Below, piece after piece: positions 26,642 to 32,000 of a stretch of DNA of 32,000 bases. This DNA comes from an uncultured Chloroflexia bacterium. Its GTDB lineage: Bacteria; Chloroflexota; Ktedonobacteria; Ktedonobacterales; JADMIN01. The notes beneath the pieces are model-generated. The model was given only the letters and a program-made list of their open reading frames with translations, did no database searches and had not been told where the DNA came from. The translations under genes and the position numbers were made by a program. The DNA is taken from assembly GCA_963718915.1 (NCBI GenBank), contig CAVRAI010000015.1:300001-332000 (forward strand), written 5' to 3'. Each line of letters opens with the position of its first letter. Positions within the stretch are counted from its first letter, which is position 1.

Positions 26642-27118
26642 ATGATGAAGGGCGTGATGATGTCCGCAACGGTGGCGGTGTCGAGTAAGCCCGCAACTGG
26701 GCAGAGCGAGCCTGCGGAGAACATGACCGAGGCGAGCACGCAGGTGGTGACCTCGCTGGTGAATGCTGGCAAGCAGACGCCCATCAGCCCATACACGGTA
26801 ACGGTCAGGAAGATCGAGCCGATTGCCGGGAGCAATCAGGTGCGCGTCACCTTCTTCGTCACGGGCGAGGATGAGCCAGCCCACGACTTTACCGAGACGG
26901 GGCGCCAGGTGGTCGAGGCATTACTCAACGCGGGTATGCACGCCAATGTCAGCGGGCCAGGCGCGGCGACGGTGGAGAAGATCGAAGCGGTCGAGGGCGG
27001 CGACGACGATTCCGATGACGATAACTCGGATGAGGCGACTGATTCGGACGCGCTGAGTGGCCTGGTGAACGAGGATGATCCACCACAACAGCGCGTCCGT
27101 CCGCCTGATGCGCAGTGA
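26642..27118 (+). CDS. Hypothetical protein with an internal duplication and acidic tail
   Basis: RBS GAAGGGAG lies ~10 nt upstream of the ATG. The segments TQVVTSLVNAG...VTVRKIEPIAG and GRQVVEALLNAG...ATVEKIEAVEG are repeats. The tail is GGDDDSDDDNSDEATDSD. Confidence 0.5.
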   Translation: MMKGVMMSATVAVSSKPATGQSEPAENMTEASTQVVTSLVNAGKQTPISPYTVTVRKIEPIAGSNQVRVTFFVTGEDEPAHDFTETGRQVVEALLNAGMHANVSGPGAATVEKIEAVEGGDDDSDDDNSDEATDSDALSGLVNEDDPPQQRVRPPDAQ

Positions 27119-27145
27119 GATCGCTGCCGCAACCTCTGTGGCGGA

Positions 27146-27517
27146 CTACCTCGCGGCGAAGCGATACGCGGAAAGATAGTGCCCCTCGGGATCTTTTGCC
27201 ATGAAATAGCGCCCAAATGGCAAGTCTACGGGATCGGAGACGATGTCGACGCCCTGCTCTTTCCAGCGCTGCCACGTGCCGTCTACGTCCTCTACTTCGA
27301 AGCTAAGCTCCACGCTTCCGGGCTGTTCTTCGAGTTTTGGCGGGAACTGCGCCGTTGCCTTGTCCTGTAAGGCAACCAGGGAGCCGCCAGCGGGTCGTAG
27401 TGTTACAAAGTTCGGACCAGAAATCGCATCCACCACGGCCATGCCCAACACATCAGTGTAGAAGGTCTTCACCTTGTCCATATCACGCACGTAGAGAATG
27501 ACGAAACCCAGGTTCAT
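27146..27517 (-). CDS. VOC (glyoxalase/bleomycin-resistance/dioxygenase) superfamily protein
   Basis: MNLGFVILYVRDMDKVKTFYTDVLGM...VELSFEVEDVD...PFGRYFMAKDPEGHYL is a typical VOC fold pattern. RBS AAGGAG lies 8 nt upstream of the ATG at 27517. Confidence 0.8.
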   Translation of the reverse strand: MNLGFVILYVRDMDKVKTFYTDVLGMAVVDAISGPNFVTLRPAGGSLVALQDKATAQFPPKLEEQPGSVELSFEVEDVDGTWQRWKEQGVDIVSDPVDLPFGRYFMAKDPEGHYLSAYRFAAR

Positions 27518-27635
27518 GCTCGGTGCTCCTTCTTGTCTTGCGGTGTTGTCATCATCGCGACCATCGCGATTCCACCTTCATTGTAGGAGAGTCGAGTGAC
27601 AACAGTATGTCAGTAGCGTTTGACCTGGATGCATC

Positions 27636-28958
27636 TTATCTGAGATTGTCTGTCGCGTTACTGAGATTGATGGTGTTAGGCCATGGCCTCGGTGAGCGTT
27701 TCAGCCAGGGCCACCACGCCAGCAGTAGCCCGAAGGAGATCGCGCCGAGCCACGCGCCCATCGCGAAAGTGGCTCCCGGCCCAAACTGGCTCCAGAGCCA
27801 CGCGCCGACTACATTCGCCGGGAGCGCCGCTGCGCCTGTCAGCCCACTGAACCAGCCGAGCGCAGTTCCGCGGCGTACACGCGGAACGAGATCCGCCACG
27901 AATGCCCTGGCGACGCCGTCTGTCGCCGCGTAGTAGGCGCCGTAGAGCAGGAAGAGCGCCCAGATGTTCCAGGTCGTGTGCGCCTGGGTCCAGCCGAGGT
28001 AGACCAGCGTAAAGGCGGCGTAGCCACCCGCCAGCACGGGGAGCCGCCCCCAGCGATCCGAGAGCGAGCCAAGCGGCGTCGCCAGCAGCGCGTAGACGAG
28101 GTTGAAAGCGAAATAGACGAGTGGTACGGCCACCAGCGAGCTTTCCAGCCCCTCGGTGCGCAGGAAGAGAAATGCATCGGATGAGTTGCCAAGGGCAAAG
28201 CAGGTGGCAATCGCGGTGAAGAGCCAGAAGCGCGCCCCCAGTGGTAATGTTGCCGATAGCTGAGCGCTGGTCGGCTGTCTCGCGGCCTCGGTCGCGGTTT
28301 CCGGCGAGGGCGAGGATGTGGGAGTGTTACGTCGTCGGCGGTCGCGCAGGAAGAGCAGCGCCACCACAATCGCCAGCACGCCCGGAACCAGCGTCCAGCC
28401 GAAGACGGCGCGCAGATCGCCATCCGTCCGGTTGAGGATGACCAGAGCCACCAGCGGGCCAATCGCCGCGCCCAGCGTATCGGCGGAGCGATGGACGCCG
28501 AACGCGCGTCCCCGTTTCCGTGCTGGCACGGCATCGGCGATCATCGCATCGCGCGGGCTGACACGTATGGCCTTGCCCGCTCGATCTATCAATATCAGTC
28601 CCAGCGCGGGCAGCCAGCTCGGAACCAGCGCCAGCAGCGGCTTGGCGGCGGCGGAAATACTGTAGCCCCAGGTGACCAGCCCGCGTCGAGACGGCGAGCG
28701 GTCGGCCTGCCGCCCTGCCAGAATCTTGAGCAGACTGGTCGTGCTCTCCGCCAGCCCCTCGATCAACGCCGCCAGCGCCAGCGGAGTCGCCAGCGCCTGC
28801 ACCAGAAAGATGAGCCGGAGCGGCATAATCATCTCGCTGGCGATGTCGGTGAAAAGGCTGGCCGCGCCAAGCACATAGACGACGCCGGGAATCGCCCGCA
28901 GCCCCTTGCGACCTCGCTCTGGCGGTGTCTCTGTCTCGTCAATCAACTTCGTCGTCAT
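27636..28958 (-). CDS. MFS transporter
   Basis: About 12 hydrophobic segments. GRQADRSPSRRG and DRWGR loop motifs are typical of MFS. The start at the ATG at 28958 has GGAG 6 nt upstream. It overlaps the upstream gene's end by 20 nt. Confidence 0.8.
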   Translation of the reverse strand: MTTKLIDETETPPERGRKGLRAIPGVVYVLGAASLFTDIASEMIMPLRLIFLVQALATPLALAALIEGLAESTTSLLKILAGRQADRSPSRRGLVTWGYSISAAAKPLLALVPSWLPALGLILIDRAGKAIRVSPRDAMIADAVPARKRGRAFGVHRSADTLGAAIGPLVALVILNRTDGDLRAVFGWTLVPGVLAIVVALLFLRDRRRRNTPTSSPSPETATEAARQPTSAQLSATLPLGARFWLFTAIATCFALGNSSDAFLFLRTEGLESSLVAVPLVYFAFNLVYALLATPLGSLSDRWGRLPVLAGGYAAFTLVYLGWTQAHTTWNIWALFLLYGAYYAATDGVARAFVADLVPRVRRGTALGWFSGLTGAAALPANVVGAWLWSQFGPGATFAMGAWLGAISFGLLLAWWPWLKRSPRPWPNTINLSNATDNLR

Positions 28959-30342
28959 CGGGACTCCAGTACAGGGCGTTGATCTTCCCGGATGGGCTGA
29001 ATCGCTGGACGACGCGGCCATCAAAATCGCAGACGTAGACCTGGCCATGGGCATCGCGCGCGAGACCACCTACCTGCTGGAACTCGCCCGGCCAGATACC
29101 ATGCTTGCCCCAGACGCCGAGCGGCTTGCCATCGGGCGCGAACAGGTCGAGCCGATGCAGGCCAAGATCAGTAATGGCGATGCGGTTCGCATCCAGCGCC
29201 AGCACCGCCTGATACGGATTCCCCAGCGCGGTGGTCGGCGCAGGCAGCGCCCATGAGCTAATCGCTCCCGTCGCCGGACTGATACGGTAGACCCGCGACT
29301 TCGCGAGCGCGTAGATCGTCTTGCCATCGGGTGCGACGGAGATGCCGCCAAACAAACGTTCCGGTATGGCCCAGCGTGTCATTACATGTCCGCTGGTGTC
29401 CACGCGCAGCACCGCGCCATGTGTATCGCTGAGCAGCAGGTCATTTCCGAGCGTCGCGATGCAGTTGAGCGATGGCTCGTAGCCCTGGGGCAGATTCCAG
29501 CGCGCCAGCAGTCGCCCGTTTGGAGCGAAATGCAGCATGCGCCCGCGCATCCAGTCAGTCACATAGAGGTCGTGGTTGGCTGCGACCGCCATGCCGCAGA
29601 ACCAGAAATCGTCCACGCCGTACGGGATGGGGTTGAGTACGCCGGAGATGGTGCGCGCGCCGGGTGTGCTCTGTGGCACGCCCAGCCCATCGGGATCGTT
29701 GTATGGCCCAGGCGGCATGAAGCCTGGTCCCGGAGGCCCCTGCACGCTGGCGAGGCCGGGACGCAGCTTATACCGCAGCGAGCCGTCCGGCCCGAAGACG
29801 CGGATAACGGGCGCGTAGGCATCGGTCACGTAGAACGTGCCGTTGCTATCGACGGCGACGTAATATGGCTGGAAATCGAGCGGATGTGGCGGACGGCTCC
29901 ACGCGACGAGCGCCAGCGCCAGCAGCGACGGCACGATCACCGCCAGCAAGGCGCGCCGTTGCCACGAGCGCGGCAACAACAGCCAGAGCCAGAGTCCGAG
30001 CGCCAGCACCAGCGGCAGCCCGCGCAGGCCCCAGGTGAGACTGCGCGGCTCGGTGATTGGACTGATCTGGCTGAAGACACACCAGCCCATCAGCAGCCAA
30101 AGGAGCGCTGCCCCGGCGATGAAGAGCGCATGCCACGCTCGGCGGCGCGAGTGCTGACGGAGAGGCGACAGTGATAGCGCCATCAGCGCCGCGCCCGCAA
30201 CGAAGAGCAGCATGGCTGGCAGCCGCGCTGGCTCGAAGGCGGCAACTGGCGGAATCAGCAGGCAGCAGAGAAGAGCGCCCACGACCAGCGTGAGCGCCGC
30301 AAGCAACGGTTTCGAGTTGGCCAGGACATGCGCGTTGGACAT
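28939..30342 (-). CDS. Membrane-anchored NHL/beta-propeller repeat protein
   Basis: Several N-terminal TM segments, then repeated units: FYVTDAYAPVIRVFGPDG, LYVTDWMRGRMLHFAPNG, LLLSDTHGAVLRVDTSG, IAITDLGLHRLDLFAPDG and VYVCDFDGRVVQRFSPSG. The start at the ATG at 30342 (MSNAHVL...) overlaps the recombinase stop (TGATG). Confidence 0.7.
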   Translation of the reverse strand: MSNAHVLANSKPLLAALTLVVGALLCCLLIPPVAAFEPARLPAMLLFVAGAALMALSLSPLRQHSRRRAWHALFIAGAALLWLLMGWCVFSQISPITEPRSLTWGLRGLPLVLALGLWLWLLLPRSWQRRALLAVIVPSLLALALVAWSRPPHPLDFQPYYVAVDSNGTFYVTDAYAPVIRVFGPDGSLRYKLRPGLASVQGPPGPGFMPPGPYNDPDGLGVPQSTPGARTISGVLNPIPYGVDDFWFCGMAVAANHDLYVTDWMRGRMLHFAPNGRLLARWNLPQGYEPSLNCIATLGNDLLLSDTHGAVLRVDTSGHVMTRWAIPERLFGGISVAPDGKTIYALAKSRVYRISPATGAISSWALPAPTTALGNPYQAVLALDANRIAITDLGLHRLDLFAPDGKPLGVWGKHGIWPGEFQQVGGLARDAHGQVYVCDFDGRVVQRFSPSGKINALYWSPDDDEVD

Positions 30343-32000
30343 CAGGCGGTCTGGACCCCCGCTGCGGTGTGCAGCCCCCACTCTTCGACGGACTGCTGAC
30401 GCATGATGAATTTTTGAATCTTGCCGGTGACAGTTGTAACACAAACAGAGGTACTGCCGTCCGATTCGGTGATGACGGGCAGCACGCCGGAGACGGGCAG
30501 ATGCAGGTCCAGGGCGATGCGCGGGTCGCGATCCCCCACCTTCCAGACGCGCACCTGCGCGCCGAGCGCCGCGAGGACTTCCCGGCGTTGGCGCATGGTC
30601 AGGGCGTCTGCGTTACGTCCGACGTTCGCGGCCCAGTCTATAATCCGCTCAAGCGCCTGCTCTTGTCGTATGGATTGCTCGGCGTGGACTGCGGCGATCT
30701 GGCGCTCGCTGCTGAGCATCCGCTGCTGGCGCGCGAGGTCGGTTAATTGTTCAGTCAGCGGGGCAAGCGCATCAGGGTCCGTCATGAGCGTGATGGCCCT
30801 GGTCACATTCGCGCGTTGGCGGTCGATCTCTGCCAGCCGGGTATCAATGGCGGCAAGCACGGCGCGCGCCGGGTCTTCTGTCTGGTCCGTGCGACTCCGC
30901 TCGAGCTCGTAGGCGATCACACGCGGATCGAGCAACAGTGCGCGGACGCTCTCCCAGACGGTGGCGTCTAACAGGTGCGCCTTGATCGCGAAGGTCACAC
31001 AGGAACCCTTCACGCGGATGGGCTTCTTGCACTGGTAGTTGCTGGCTGGGGTGCCATCCTCATGGCGTCTGAAGGTGCCCGATAGCGTGAGCGCACCGCC
31101 ACAATAGGCGCAGCGCGCGAAGCCGCCCTGGAGCAGTGTCGCATCGGGGTTGCGGTTATTCCGGCTGGCCAGTTGCCGATTGAGCGCGAGGCGATCCTGT
31201 ACCTGCTGGGCGAGTTCCTCGGTGACGAGTGGGGGCGCGACGCTGGCTGGCAATTCCACACGCTCTTCATCGGGGCGCAGTGCGCGGATGGTCCGGTGCT
31301 TGTAGCCGCCGCGCATGCGTTCCTGTGGGGTCAGGTGGACCGCCTTGCTGACGAAGGCGCGCGGCTTGCCCCAGTAGGTGGGGTGCTTGAGGATCTGCCG
31401 CACAACAACATGGTCCCATGCCGCTGCGCCGTTCTTGTTGCCAGCATAGGTCGCGGGCGTCGGGATACCTTCCGCCGTCAGCGCCGCAGCGATGCTGCGC
31501 AAGGTCTGCCCTGCGGCCGCGTCGCGGAAGATGCGCTGCACGATAAGCATGGTTATAGGATCGGGCACCATGCGCACTTTGGCAGGCAACCCCTTCTCAT
31601 TGCGCTCTGGTCCCCACGCATAGCCGTAGAGCGGGCGATTGCTGGGAAGCAGATGGCCGGATGCCACGCGGGCACGCTTCGCCCGCATGGTGCGCTCCTT
31701 GCGCATGCGATTCTCCATCTGCGCCGCGTAGCCCTTGACGTAGGCGATCAGGCGTCCCTCTGGCGTATCCTCGAGGCTATCAATAGCAAACTTCACATCG
31801 AGGCCAGCGCGCTCGAGCTCAGTGAGCGCCACGAGCAAATGGTTCGGATCGCGCGAGAGCCGATCGACACAATGCACCAGCACAGTCCCGAAGGCGCCAC
31901 GAGCCGCTGCCGCGCGTAGATCGAGCAAGACTGGGCGCTCGTAATAATCCTCGGCGGTGGAGCTCTCCCAGTAGACGTGCGCCTCGTCAATCGTCAGCCC
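30342..32000 (-). CDS. Large serine recombinase (integrase type), N-terminal catalytic end off-window
   Basis: The frame is open to base 32000. VLVHCVDRLSRD is the end of a resolvase domain. The recombinase domain reads PLYGYAWGP...IVQRIF..GQTLRSIAAALTAEGIPTP. The zinc ribbon is CAYCGG...YQCKK...C, followed by a long coiled-coil region. Confidence 0.85.
   Translation of the reverse strand, partial: GLTIDEAHVYWESSTAEDYYERPVLLDLRAAAARGAFGTVLVHCVDRLSRDPNHLLVALTELERAGLDVKFAIDSLEDTPEGRLIAYVKGYAAQMENRMRKERTMRAKRARVASGHLLPSNRPLYGYAWGPERNEKGLPAKVRMVPDPITMLIVQRIFRDAAAGQTLRSIAAALTAEGIPTPATYAGNKNGAAAWDHVVVRQILKHPTYWGKPRAFVSKAVHLTPQERMRGGYKHRTIRALRPDEERVELPASVAPPLVTEELAQQVQDRLALNRQLASRNNRNPDATLLQGGFARCAYCGGALTLSGTFRRHEDGTPASNYQCKKPIRVKGSCVTFAIKAHLLDATVWESVRALLLDPRVIAYELERSRTDQTEDPARAVLAAIDTRLAEIDRQRANVTRAITLMTDPDALAPLTEQLTDLARQQRMLSSERQIAAVHAEQSIRQEQALERIIDWAANVGRNADALTMRQRREVLAALGAQVRVWKVGDRDPRIALDLHLPVSGVLPVITESDGSTSVCVTTVTGKIQKFIMRQQSVEEWGLHTAAGVQTA

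Noticed and set aside
26054-26884. 276-aa minus-strand ORF
   Set aside because: It is antisense to the lipoprotein gene and the following hypothetical gene. It has no RBS and a His/Arg-rich shadow composition.
1-32000. Scan for tRNA, rRNA and CRISPR arrays
   Set aside because: I found no T-arm consensus (GGTTCGAATCC-like) with matching acceptor stems, no rRNA-like conserved blocks, and no regularly spaced 25-40-bp direct repeats. The only tandem repeats are the short 10- and 11-bp ones reported above.

Overview
High-GC bacterial chromosomal window. Protein styles suggest a Chloroflexota- or Actinobacteria-like lineage, but that is a guess I cannot verify. Most of it is housekeeping or envelope genes: typA (3' part), a class A PBP, a PaaI-like thioesterase, a ThiF/MoeB-type E1, two receiver-only response regulators, the ruvX-mltG pair, an APH-fold protein and pcrA. 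The accessory-looking centre starts with a 0.9-kb gene-free, hairpin-dense gap. It is followed by an XRE-HTH+TPR regulator that has a near-consensus promoter and a perfect palindrome over its RBS. Next comes a permease-ATPase-permease cluster: two tandem paralogous ~1000-aa double-FtsX (MacB-type) permeases sharing one ATPase that carries an AbrB/SpoVT-like C-terminal tail. A lipoprotein of unknown function follows. The right end holds VOC, MFS and NHL-repeat genes and a large serine recombinase that runs off the window, so a mobile-element edge is probably nearby. Other points worth a second look: (i) a three-copy mosaic hairpin repeat family with a compensatory base-pair change; (ii) an AT-rich islet between two near-identical hairpins, carrying a frameshift-split secreted Cys-rich gene; (iii) an apparent compensated double frameshift in mltG at two homopolymers; (iv) helical-phase direct repeats upstream of a kinase-fold gene whose catalytic motif reads HGN. 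I saw no rRNA, tRNA or CRISPR array. All homology calls come from my reading of the translations, not from database searches.
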